Part shown: one piece after another, positions 23,885 through 36,144 of the stretch
How the letters are laid out: each line of letters begins with the position of its first letter
How positions within the stretch are numbered: position 1 is the stretch's first letter
Assembly: GCA_030704615.1 (NCBI GenBank)
Contig: CM060733.1
Coordinates: forward strand, 35,898,001-35,962,000
Length of the DNA stretch: 64,000 nucleotides
Source: Takakia lepidozioides
Lineage: Eukaryota > Plantae > Bryophyta
Direction: 5' to 3'
Program-made: the position numbers and the translations under genes
The notes under the pieces: generated by a model
Database searches by the model: none
The model's input: the letters and a program-made list of their open reading frames with translations, nothing else
Told to the model about the DNA's origin: nothing

Positions 23885-26800
23885 ATGAAAGTGTTGGTGG
23901 TGTGTGTTAATTATGATGCGATGGTGATGAAACATCGACCCGTCTCCCTCAAGGATGGGGAGGTAGTACCACATATCGATTGTGGCCCTAGAGCGATCGT
24001 TTTTCATGGCGAGGAACCACCTATTGCACCTGATCCAATACAGGCTGTCGGGCACAATCGTAGAAGGGACCGGGGCCAAATTTCAGGTGATGTGGAGGAT
24101 GTTGACACTCCGGGTTCGAGTCGGGCGTGCCGCGGGTTGCCCCCTCGCGGGCCACCCCTTTCAACCACGTTCACCTTTGATCCCCCCGACAGGATTGAGT
24201 GTTGGTGCATTAAGTGTTGGGAACGGATACCGCCAGGCGGCACCAGACCACCAAGGCGGCGACCGCATGTTGTCGAAAAACATTACAAGAAGAACAAGAT
24301 TGTGGATGCGGCAAAGGTGAGTGTTTTTTCCACCCCTCTCATTAACATTCATTTAAGGTACATTTATGTTTATTTAATAATATAGTATGATTGGTAAGCA
24401 TACATGAATCAAGATTACGACATAAGTATTGATGCGTCGTTCACTACGCACATTGCAGCCACGACTTGATGCCCAAGCTCGCAATCACATTGCACAGGCG
24501 GCATTTCGCGCCGGTCTACTTGCAGAATTTGTGCCAGAGCATGTGCCCTATGTGACCAGTTGGTTCCCCCAGCAGCACGTAAATGAGATGCGTAGGATCG
24601 AGGGGTATCGTAGGTGTCGTAGGCGTTATGGCCGGCGACGAGCAGGCCCCCCCCCCCCCCCCCCCCCCCCCGTCTGTTTATTTGCCTAATCCACCTCCGG
24701 AACCTGATCCGGACGTTGCACCCCCGGCTGCACCTCCGACATTACATCCTCAACCACCTCCACTTTCATCTCCTCCACCAACAATACCACCTCCACCTCC
24801 ACCACCACCACCACCTCTACCTCCACCTCCACCTCCACGTGCATGTGCCCCCCGAACCCCTAAGAGGGGTCAGCTTCGCCCTAGGTTTCCTCTCATTTGG
24901 CTTGGGCGGCCTGAGCCGGATCCTCGCCCCCGATGGAAAGCGCATAAGACTATGTTACTGAGGACCGTCCAGCCTCGTTGTTGGGGGAATCATCTCGACC
25001 CTCTCACCCCCATCCGAGAAAATGTGGAGTTCGAGTATTGGGGGAGACGGCATGTTGTAAGAGCCGCTACAGACCCTGCTATGGGTCGGGGTTTATTCAC
25101 GGTCAATGATATTGTGGTTCCTCCTCGGAGAAACAGCATGGTGGACTTGTTTCCCTACTACGGTCCATACTACACCTCCGCGGAGTTCATTACGCCTTGA
25201 AACCCCATACATCTTACCCGGCAATATTGCTGGGCTGGTCAATAGTTCTTTTGGTCATCCTAGGAGAACCAATGTAGTATGGGACGAGCGAAGTGATGGG
25301 CATGAGAGCTTTTGTGGTCATACGTCAGTATACTGTGAGGGGATGCACCTGTTTGTGATGACATGTGCTAGTAGGACTATTAGGGCTGGCAGCGAACTAT
25401 TTGCATCATACGAGTTCTCCCGGGATGATTGGGACCTCCGATTACAGCGTGAGTGGAATGTGTATGATAGAAATAGGGTTCAAATATTTATTTTAAATTC
25501 ATTTAAATTCGATTTAATTCAAAATTGGTGCAAGGGTAAGTGCGTCGTTGGGGAGGCAAATGTTTTTTTTTTTTTTTTTTTTTTTTTTCTGCTGGATCTT
25601 TGTACAGGTGTTGCACACATATTTAAGCACATGTAGGAAAAAATGAAGCTTGAGCCACATCCGTTTGTTGGGTGCAATGGCATGAGAGGATTTTTTTTTA
25701 CATTGATAAACAAAAATTGGTTGATAGGATGAATGCGTCATTGGGGGGGGGAAATGATTTTGTTTGGGTTTGAAACTTTGCATGCGTGTACGTTGCGCAC
25801 ATACATGTAATTATTGAATGACATATTTGATGCACACACACATTGAAGGTTGTTGTTTGCATTCCGCTTATAATGAAGTGTATGGTTGCAATGACACATT
25901 ATAATATATGTCCCTATGTTCATTTGTTCTTATCAAGACTTTGTCCATCCCTTCCCGGTTCTTTCTCTTGGCACCCCATCCGAAAACAACCCAAGTACAT
26001 CAAGCGGGAGCCGTGGGCGAGACGCCGCTCCCACGGTACCAGACGATGATGACGATGACAGTGACAGTGACAACAACAATGAGCATGGAATTAACCAGGA
26101 GGATGTGCAAGCTATGGAGGATCTCTTAATGCATCATGTGGGCGCTGATGCATCCCATGGAGAGGGAACCCGGCCAATCGATGATCATGACATGGCCCCC
26201 TCAAATGACATGGAGAGGGAGGTGAGAACTCCCTTGTACGAAGAGGCGAAAGTGAGTCGACTTTCAACAATCTTCCTTTTGCTCAATCTTCAAATTCGAT
26301 TTGGCATAAGTAATGTTGGGATGTCTGCCATAATGCAAACTATTGCAGACTATATCCTTGTTCCACACTTGAAACCCAAGATGCCACGGTCGCGGAAAGA
26401 GGCGCGCGAAGTCTTGGACTCTATGGGGATGAGCTATAAGATTTTTCATGCATGTCCATGTGATAAAACCCTATACTACGGAGAGGATTCGTATCTCACC
26501 AAGTGCCCAAAGTGCAAGAAAGACCGATATCGGGATGATGTCCAATGGAAAAAAGTACCACGCAAGGTATAAGTGTCATTCCCCCTCGCATGGAGATTAC
26601 TTTATTTAATCTTCTTAATGTATGTAAAGTGTATTCCACAAGTTTAGGGTTTAGAGAGTAGTACTCATGTAAGATCTGATTGTGGTTTTGGAAGGAGTGA
26701 GTGAGGAGTGGAAGGAGCGACGTTCGGTTTTGACCATTCACACCCAAATGAGGGAGAGGCTGCATAAAGGGAGAGGCATAAAGGTGTTGTATTATGTGTG

Positions 26801-29697
26801 CTAATGGGATGATTATATGTGGGGGACGTGAGGTATTTCATCCTAGAAAATGCATTACTTTCCGATCATCCCGCGATTGAGGGCACAATACCGAAGCCTC
26901 GAATTGGCCAGACTCATGAGATGGCACGCCTCGCATCGGAGCCCCCCGGGAAAGGTGTGCGGGCCACAAGATTCACAAGCATGGAGACATATTGAAGAGA
27001 TGTGGCCTTTTCTCTTGGAGGCCCCACGACATGTCCACCTCGGCTTCTCCTCGGATGGGGTCAACCCATTCTCTGTCCAATCATGTAGTCATTCCACTTG
27101 GCCGGTGACCATGGTGAATTACAACATCCCTTCGTATCTTTTAATTAAAAAAGGCCATATCATGTTGGCTGCCATTGTGCCAGGTGAGTGTACTCATTTC
27201 ATGTTTATTATTGCCTTAGACTTTACATTAAACTTCTGATCTCTGACGCAATTCGGATGTAAGATTGATGAGTGACATAATCATGGAGTAAGACGTGTAA
27301 TTCATTTTGTAGTATAATTTGCATATTGGTGGAGCATTGAAACAATGATGTGAATGTCTCATAAGGAAAAAACAAGTGGCAAACATGGACACGTACTTGC
27401 GACCTCTTGTTGATGAACTTAAGGAGCTATGGAGGGGGGTCCTGGCATTGGATGCTTCACTTGACCCTATGGCCGGACAATCTTTTCAGATGAGAGACAT
27501 CTTGCTTTGGACAATGCATGATTATCCAGGTATATTATATTCCCCATGAACAACCCGCGTACATTCACTTGTCAATGCCGGATAATATCGATGAGGATTG
27601 GGATTGATTGAAATAGCGGCGACAGTCTTGTGCACCGTAGTGGGGTAGATGGCATTATAGGCCATGCACATGACAACTTTTTGTTTTTGCTAATGTGGCG
27701 GGATGTGTAGTACAGGACTAACTGTTTGCTCGGGGCTAAGCACCAAAGGGTACCATGCATGCTTGCATTGTGGCGATGATCTTGATGCACATAGTTCCCG
27801 CCATCTTTCACAAGATGGTGTATCCCAACTACCGCAAATTTCTTCCTATGAGCCATCGATGGAGAAGAAGAGATAAACACTTGTTTGATGGCAAAGAGGA
27901 AGTACGTCCCCCCCTCCCCTATGACACCGCCCGGGCAGTTTTGGGAGGACCGATGGAAGGAGGCCCATGCGGGCATGGACGGTGAAGTGGACGTGCCTGA
28001 CATGAAACGACTTTCAATCTTCTACAAGTTGCCATATTAGGCAGTATATATTCCACAAAAACACCGTCAATATCCCTATGCATGCATGTGATATTGCACA
28101 TTTGGTATGCATTGCATTGTCACTTTCACGGAAAAAAAATTGTGTAAGTCTTTGTGGGTGGGGATATATGTAGGACCTGAAGATTCGTCATCTTCTAAAT
28201 CCCATGCATATTGAGAAGAATGTCTGCTCGCCCCTGTTTCGGGTTCTTCATGGCACGCTGACAAAGAAGGGAGTGACGCAAAAGGAGATTCTCTCGGTGT
28301 TAGAAAGGAGCTTGAAGAGCAGGGTCGCATATTCCATCTATGGGCCGAACAAAATGGTGTGGATCCAAAGGGTGTTGTACGGTGGAAGTATATGTGCGCA
28401 CCTTGGCAATGGACAAAGGATGAATACAAGAAAGTGATAGCCACCATAAGTGCTGTCCGAACACCAACTGGTTATGGGTCATCCCTCCGTACGAAGTTCA
28501 GCGAAGAAGACGGGGTCCATGGTTTGAAGTCTCATGACTACCACAATCTATAGCAAGACATCTTGCCCATTGCAGTACGTGGGACATTGACTCCCGAGGT
28601 TCGTGAGACAATCTATGGATTGGGAGGCTTGTTCCGATGGATTTGCTCTAAAGAGTTGGAAGAAGCAGATTTTCCACGCATGAAGAAAGAGGCGGCGGAG
28701 GTAATGTGTATGTTGGAGATGCACCTTCCTCCCTCCTTCTTTGACATCCAAGTGCACTTGGTAGTGCACTTAGTGGAAGAGGCTTCGATTGCCGGCCCCG
28801 TTCATTTTCGGTGGATGTACTTCCTTGAGCGTTATATGAAGACTTTGAAAGGACTTGTAAGATAGATGGCGCACCCGGAGGGTAACATGGCGGAGGGGTA
28901 TACGTTGCAAAAAACTATGTTCTATTGCACGGAGTACATGGCAAGGGTGGATGAGGAAGCCCCTCAGATGTGGAAGGAAGAGGAATATGCATGAACCAAT
29001 GACATCGTTTTGCCCAAAAAATCGAAGAGGGTAAAATTACCGACCTTGGTGATTGAGCAAGTGCATGACTTCATACTGAAGAACACCCCATCCATACATG
29101 AGTGAGAGACAAGATACAATAATCTTGTTCAGCAATGAGAGGAGGAGACGCTTGCATGGAGGCGGAACCATCCAAGGCCGATTACTAGACGCCCACGACG
29201 AGGAGCGGACCGCCGGAATGTTCCTTCACAAAATTTGCCCAAGGAATTGCAGCCTCTAAGTTCATTCCAACAGTGGTTTTGGACTTCAGTTTATGACGTC
29301 GTTGCTCAAGGAGAGGTGGTTTCAGATTTGGTGCAAGACATTGCAAATGGCCCTTCTCAATTCGCGACCTCATACACGGCGGTTTGGGTTTACGGTAGTC
29401 ATTTCCGCATTCGTGCTCTTGACATAAAGCGCAAAACAACCTTTGATTCTGGCTTGTGTGCCACATATTGGCAAGACTCCGTGTGGGGCAAGGGAGATAC
29501 ATGACCTGCTATGAGCAAACTTGAGTACATTGGAGAGCTTGAGAGCATACTCTAACTTCAGTATACAAGGTACCGGCCTCTTCTCTTCAAGGGAAGGTGG
29601 TTCCAGCCACATCTTGTGGGGCCCTCCGCAACACTAGTGCAAGATGATTGTGGTTTCATGCGCGTCAATGTAGATAAGCTCAACCCTACTCATCGTC
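23885..29697 (+). pseudogene. TnpD-type CACTA transposase (transposase-associated Zn motif, Transposase_21, DUF4218, DUF4216), spliced, with stops
   Basis: Putative exon 1 IECWCIKC...VEKHY (donor GTGAGT at 24317); HACPCD...CPKC...RY; HYFPIIPRL...MRWH...DSQAW...SDGVNPF...STWPV; MDTYLRPLVDELKELW; GLKSHDYH; PPSFFDIQVHLVVHL...GPVHFRWMYFLERYMKTLK; DDCGFMRV. Interrupted by the gypsy LTR at 29698. Confidence 0.92.
24432..25450 (+). pseudogene. Proline-rich + SET-domain (putative lysine methyltransferase) ORF nested in the putative TnpD intron 1; frameshifted
   Basis: SET motifs in canonical order: GRGLFTVNDI...LFPYYG (from 25084), GNIAGLVNSS...TNV (25220-25249), VMTCASRTIRAGSELFASY (ends 25411). 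Frame breaks at the poly-C run (~24650) and at ~25195. Confidence 0.75.
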
Positions 29698-30424
29698 TGT
29701 CGCGCACCTCCCTTCGGTAAGCTCCCCCTCAAGTCATAGTTACTCGCTTTGATGCGCGCGCCTGACTCCCAACCTGGCCGTCGGGCCAACTTGGAGCTTC
29801 GGCTGCTCACCGGGGCATAACGGTCCCCCTTTGTTCTCCCAAAGAACCCTCCACCGATTTGGAACCAGCGGGAATTCCCTTTGGTAGTTGGCAGTCCGGA
29901 ACAGCTCCCCACTCTTTGGTCGCTTTCCGGCTCGCTCGCTTACTCACTAGTTTTTGGTCACCAACGGGCTTGCACCGTTCTCGGGGTTACTACTCCCTAT
30001 ATATACTTCTATAGCTGTCCGCGGGGGTTTCACAACCAGCCATGCCATTTTATGGCGAACCACCACGAAGACCCTCGATTCCCGGTGGTGAGTCGCGGTG
30101 AGTCTTGGCCCGCTCACCACGGCCCCTATGGACCGTGATGAGTCCCAAGACTCCCCACGACTCCCACCACGAGGTCTCCGCCCCCATGGTGAGTCCTATG
30201 CCACCCCCACTAAGTCCCACTAAGCTACCACCACCCCTTGTGGAGCCACCCCCACCGCAACCCGGTGTGCGGGGCTCCACCTAGTGAGCGCCTCCGCTTC
30301 CCTGAGTGCCTTGGGCACTCAAGGGTGCTTCAGCCCCCCATACGTATCGCTGCTGCTGCCCACACCACAGGGGCAGCCCCTCATGTGTCCCGACCCCCTG
30401 CCCTCAAGGCAAAGGGCCGCGACA
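29698..30424 (-). repeat. Gypsy LTR (727 bp, TGTCGCG...CGCGACA)
   Basis: 7-bp terminal inverted repeats; adjacent PPT-like GGTAGGGGTGTG on the minus strand (30425-30436); near-identical reverse-complement copy at 35405-~36116. Confidence 0.88.
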
Positions 30425-33400
30425 CACACCCCTACCAACAGGGAGTCGATGTCCTCATCGACTTGTCCATTTTGTAGAAACGAACATCCAAGTTGTGGCG
30501 TCCCACATCAAGGAGTTTGTTTCCGTACCATGGCGTCCCATGGCAAAGAACCAAACCCCACACTTGACTCTACTCTCCACTAGCTAGTTTGGCCGACTTC
30601 CTCCAAGTCCCGGCCAAGGGTGGAGCCTCTCCAGCTCCTCCTAGTGCACTCTTCTTGGCCTACTTCAAGGCCAAGGAACAATCCTCCCCGAGGATCGAAT
30701 CGCCTTACTGCAACAACCTTGCTTGCGATCGCTCATGAGGCCGCTTTTGGCATCACCTTGAGCAAGGGTTCACCTGGAACCCTCTTTGACTAGGAAGATA
30801 ACCTTGAACCAACCGTGCGCCCCAATCACTACAATTGGGTCCGCCTTGGAATGCTGGCCTGAGGTACGGGAACACGCCGAAGCCGCACTACGACTTCGTC
30901 CCGAGGCTACACGATTATAGTACGTGAACGGAAGCACGTAGCTTCCGCGTTAGCCCGCACTACAAGGCAACCCCCTCGGTAGCGCAGTTATAGTACGCGC
31001 ACGCGCCAGGTGCGTACTAGCACGTGAACTCCCAAAGAAGGCGCAAGTTTCCTTGCCCCTTGGATGGGGGTCACCTGATTTCGGCACTACGCAAACACAC
31101 GATTAACCCAATTTACCTCTCCCACTTTTATAAGCTAGCATGCATTCTACACACTAGCCAACCATACCATGCATCACCATTCCAAACAAAATAGGACGCA
31201 CAACATTTGGAATCCATTTCATTTATAGCACGTTTTGGTACAATACAAGTTTTTGTAATCGGATTCCTAAGCTAGCTAAGCCGGGCTAAGCATGCATTTC
31301 CTCCCCCACGCTCCAAGGTTGATGTCCCCATCAACGCTTCTTCCGCTTTTGAGGTCGCCCTTCGAAAGCTGCAACCGCCTCGGATGCGTTTCCCATTTCT
31401 GAGGCACGCACCCAAGATGCCTCCACATGATGATAGCCCTTCCATTTGACGAGATACTCAGTTTCTCGGTTCTTGAACCTCCTCAACTTAAGTATTGCCT
31501 CCACCTCGTACTCAGGTTCATTTTCATGATCCAACAGCATAGGTGGCGGACGCAACACTTGATGCCGATTCGGACGCACTTCATCTTTGAAGTAAGGCTT
31601 CAAAAGGGAGACATGGAATACTGGGTGCACCTTGCTGTTTGTCGGCAGCTCCAATTCATACACATCCTCATTCATAACCTTCCGAATGCGAAAGGGTCCC
31701 GCATACGGAGGTACGAACTTCGGACTCACTTCCGGAGGTAGTCGGAAATTCTTGATGTTCAACCAGACCTCTGTGCCTGCCTCAAACTTCACTTCCCTCC
31801 GCTTCCGATTCGCCTGCCTTTCATACCGTTTCCTAGCTTTGGCAATGTTGTACTTTGCGAGCTTCAACAAACGCTCGCGTTCTTCCAGTACCGCCGCTAC
31901 TGCCGGTTCCTCAACGTCCTGGGCGGCCCAACTTGTCGGCACCAGAGGTGCTTTTCCAAAGACCAATACAAAAGGGGAAACTCCCGTTGCGGAGTGTTAT
32001 GTGTTATTATAACAGAACTCTGCCGCGTCTAAGTGTTCCACCCAGTCTGTTTGGTCTGCCGACACGTAATTCCGCAAGATCTGCTTCACTACGGAATTCA
32101 CCCTTTCTGTTTGGCCGTCGGTCGTAGGTCGGAAGGCGGTGCTCATCTTCAGCCTCGTCCCCATCTTCTTCCAAAGTGCTCTCCAGAATTTACTCGTAAA
32201 CTTTGGATCGCGGTCCGAGGCAATATCCTTCGGGACTCCATATGCTTTAAGACGTGGGCGAAGTAAAGTCGTCCTGTCTCCTGCGCCGTTGCCGTCTCCT
32301 TGGTGGGGATGAAATGGCCCATTTTACTGAACCTATCTACCACCACCATGATTGCATTGAATCCTTTTGACAGCGGCATAGCAGTCATGAAATCCATCGA
32401 GACGCTTTCCCAAGTCCCCTCTGGAATCGGCAAGGGTTGTAACAACCCCGCTTGCTTTTTGTACTCGCTCCGGTTTTGTTGGCATGTGGTGCATGTCTTG
32501 ACATACTCCTCTGCCTCCTCCCTCAGTTTGGGCCAGAAATACTCTTTCTTCAAGAGTGCCGCAGTGCGCTTGGCTCCGCCGTGGCCCGCAAGCGGGCTAT
32601 CATGGCATTCTCTCAAGAGGCTATCTCTGATCCCTCCCTTCGGCACGTAGAGACGTTTTTGCTTATACCGGAGCAGTCCATTTTGCAAGTGCGATTTAAC
32701 CCCCATCCTCAAGTCCTGCATCACAGACTTCGCCAGCTCATCTTTCCGGCAAGCCTTCCGGATCTTCCTTTGGAGCGCCGTCTCGCCCTTGTACACCAAC
32801 AAGAGCTGCTGCTTTCTACTTAAAGCATCGGCCACCACGTTGTCTCATCCCGGTTTGTACTGGATATCCACGTCGAACACCGCCAAAGTATCTTGCCACC
32901 TAAGTTGTTTTGGGGACAACTTGGGCTGCGTGGCAAAATACTTCACCGTGACATTGTCCGTGAACACCTTCACTGGGTTGGAACCAACATAGTGGCGCCA
33001 GAGCTCAAGGCAATGCACCACCGCCTTCATCTCTTTTTTGTGCGTCGGCCACCGTCGCTCCACTTCATTCAATTTCTTACTTTCGTAAGCCACTGGACAT
33101 CCATCTTGCATAAGTACACCCCCAATCGCGAAGTCCGACGCATTTGTATGTATCTCGAACGGACGATCGAACTCCGGGATTTTCAAGACTGGAGCTTCCG
33201 CCATCCGTTGCTTCAATTCAGCGAAAGCTTGGCCACAAAAAGTGTTCCATACCCAGACTTTGGATTTACACAGAAGGTCTGACAACGGCTCCGCGATCTT
33301 GGCGAAATTTCTCACATACTTCCGGTAATAGGAGGCGAGTCCTAGGAAGGATCGCACTCCCGGGACCGAAGTCGGAGGCTCCCAGTCCAAGATCGCCCTC

Positions 33401-34287
33401 ACCTTTCTGTCATCCATTTTGATCCCATCCTGTGTAATCACATGCCCCAGGAACTCCACTTTTGTGACCCCGAATTCGCACTTTGAAGCTTTGGCATACA
33501 GCTTCCCTTCCCGCAATTTTTGGAACACCCTTTTGAGGTGCTCCAGGTGCTCCAGGTGCTCCTCCTTTGTTTTCGAGTACACCAAGATGTCGTCGATGTA
33601 CACGATCACAAAGTCATCCAACCACTCCTGGAAAAGGGCTGTTCATCAGCGTGCTAAATATCGCTGGTGCATTGGTGAGCCCAAAAGGCATCACCAAGAA
33701 CTCATATGAACCATACCTTGTCCTGCACGCGGTCTTCTCCTCATCTCCTTTCGCCACCCGAATTTGGTGATAGCCGGAGCACAAGTCGATCCGGCTGAAA
33801 TACTTCGCTCCTGCCAACCGATCGAAGAGGTCGTCGATCCTTGGCAAAGGGTACCGGTTTTTGATAGTCACCTTATTCAGAGCCCTGTAATCGACACACA
33901 TCCGCAGCGTCCCATCCTTCTTGTCTGCAAATAGCACCGGGGCTCCGTAAGATGACTTACTCGGCCGGATGTACCCCTTTGACATTAGATCCTTGAGCTG
34001 AGTCTTCAGCTCGACCAACTCTCTGTGGCTCAACCGGTAAGGCGCATTGGCAGGCGGTTCCGATCCCGGTATCACCTCAATTTTGTGGTCAACTCCTCTT
34101 CGCGGTGGCAAGCCGCTTGGTAAATCCTCCGGCATCACATCCTGGTATTTCTCCAAAATCCCCTTGATCCAATCTGGGCTCGGCTCCCCATCGCCTTCTC
34201 CTTTCACTTCTCTAATGTAAAGCAAAAACTGGGGCTCGTGTGCCTCCTCCACGGCCCACTCCCTTGCTGATAGAATGGATCGTCGCA
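29698..34287 (-). mobile_element. Ty3/gypsy chromovirus: RT-RNaseH-integrase-chromodomain plus 3' LTR; gag/protease end lost
   Basis: [14 protein letters not shown]...GYHQIR...[10 protein letters not shown]...VYIDDILVYS; RNaseH TNASDFAIGGVL; integrase H..GH..C..C and SMDF...VVVDRFSK; GPY/F motif YAGPF; chromodomain EYEVEAIL...YLVKWKGY...SW. Frameshifts present. Confidence 0.95.
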
Positions 34288-35404
34288 CACTGGGAAAAAA
34301 AAAACCTTTTCTTGCCCTTTCTTTCATGGCAGCCCTTTCTTGCGACGCCAGGCCGTCGCATGGTGGCATGAAGGGCAAAAGGCCCCTGCGACGGCCGGGC
34401 GTCGCAAACTGCCCGGCTGCCCTATTCATGCAAAACAAAAAAACAAGTCACAGTTTGCGACCCCCGGCCTCATAAATCCATTCTTTCAGAACAAAAAAAC
34501 ATGTCGCAGTTGGTGATGGTTGGCCGTCGCCGTTGCGACCCCCCGGCCTCATAAATCCTAAAAAAAACGTCGTAGGTTACAACGCGTGGGGGTCGTAGGC
34601 AGCGACTGCAAGGCTTTCTAGGTTTAGGTTTAGGGTCTTTAGGGTTCTTAGTTTTTTTTTTTTTTTTTTTTCATATGGTACTGGGGTAGGGTGTTTGTTT
34701 TTCTTTAGGGTTTAGCTTGTTGTTGTGACCTTCTTGTAGATTGTGACATTCATTTTGATAATCTCTTGATACCACATCTGTATGTGTTGCTCCAACATAT
34801 TCATTGCCTCTGCCTTCTTTCTTGAAAACCAGCCACAGCCATATTTGATCAATCATAGAATTAAACTACAATATGCATATACATGTACAATCAATCGAAG
34901 GGATGGGTCCAGTTCGGTGCGAGAATTGTTATGTAGCTTTGATTTTGTGTCTAATCAACTTGAACATCATCATCCGGAGCTTCTTCATCCTCATTAAGCT
35001 ACAAGTCTTCTTGGTCAGCGGAATCATCGTCATAAATGGCCCGGCCCTCAAAAGGCACCTCCGAATCATCCTCCACCTCGTTGTCAATGGCCGTGTCTTC
35101 GTCTCCTTCTCTAACATCCGTATCTTCTAGAGCTTCATTATATAGGGTCCAGGATGCATTGTCCGGGGCGTCATCATCTTCTTCTACCCCCTCTACCCAA
35201 CCTCCATCATCAGCATCATTATGACCAGTCTCTCCGTCCACCGCAATTGTCTCACCCCATGGAGATCCGAGACCATGATAGATACATCTTCCTCTTGGCT
35301 GAGTATGCACAACCACCTTCCAATTCCCCCCTCTTGTTTTGTCATCGGAGAAGAAAACTTACTCCAAGTCTGAAGGCCGTGAAAAAAATTCATCGGAGGG
35401 ACAA
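34288..35404 (-). mobile_element. CACTA element B right end plus TnpD C-terminus, inverted relative to the rest of the element
   Basis: Terminus CACTGGGAAAAAAAA at 34288; subterminal region matches 23252-23610 in direct orientation; minus strand encodes PSDEFFSRPSDLE*VFFSDD...WKVVVH (DUF4216 C-terminus) plus an acidic tail. Confidence 0.85.
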
Positions 35405-36116
35405 TGTCGCGGCCCTTTGCCTTGAGGGCAGGGGGTCGGGACACATGAGGGGCTGCCCCTGTGGTGGGGGCAGCGGCAGCGATAGGTATGGGGGGGCTGA
35501 AGCACCCTTGAGTGCCCAAGGCACTCAGGGAAGCGGAGGCGCTCACTAGGTGGAGCCCCGCACACCGGGTTGCGGTGGGGTGGGGGGCTCCACAAGGGGT
35601 GGTGGTAGCTTAGTGGGACTTAGTGGGGGTGGCATAGGACTCACCATGGGGGCGGAGACCTCGTGGTGGGAGTCGTGGGGAGTCTTGGGACTCATCACGG
35701 TCCATAGGGGCCGTGGTGAGCGGGCCAAGACTCACCGCGACTCACCACCGGAATCGAGGGTCTTCGTGGTGGTTCGCCATAAAATGGCATGGCTGGTTGT
35801 GAAACCCCCGCGGACAGCTACAGAAGTATATATAGGGAATAGTAACCCCGAAAACGGTGCAAGCCCATTGGTGACCAAAAACTAGTGAGTAAGTGAGCGA
35901 GCCGGAAAGCGACCAAAGAGTGGGGAGCTGTTCCGGACTGCCAACTACCAAAGGGAATTCCCGCTGGTTCCAAATCGGTGGAGGGTTCTTTGGGAGAACA
36001 AAGGGGGACCGTTATGCCCCGGTGAGCAGCCGAAGCTCCAAGTTGGCCCGGCGGCCAGGTTGGGAGTCATGCGCGCGCATCAAAGCGAGTAACTATGACT
36101 TGAGGTGGAGCTTCCG
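35405..36116 (+). repeat. Second gypsy LTR (inverted, 3' end truncated by ~20 bp)
   Basis: Reverse complement of ~29717-30424, differing mostly by transitions and small indels. Confidence 0.9.
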
Positions 36117-36144
36117 CCCGTGCAACGGCCAGGCGGCGACGCCA

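Larger units (their letters stand above)
23252..29697 (+). mobile_element. CACTA element B, left end through most of TnpD
   Basis: Terminus CACTTAGGGAAAAAAAA with GCGAC subterminal repeats; the ~350 bp terminal region is clearly homologous to 34288-34715; contains a TnpD gene. Confidence 0.88.
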
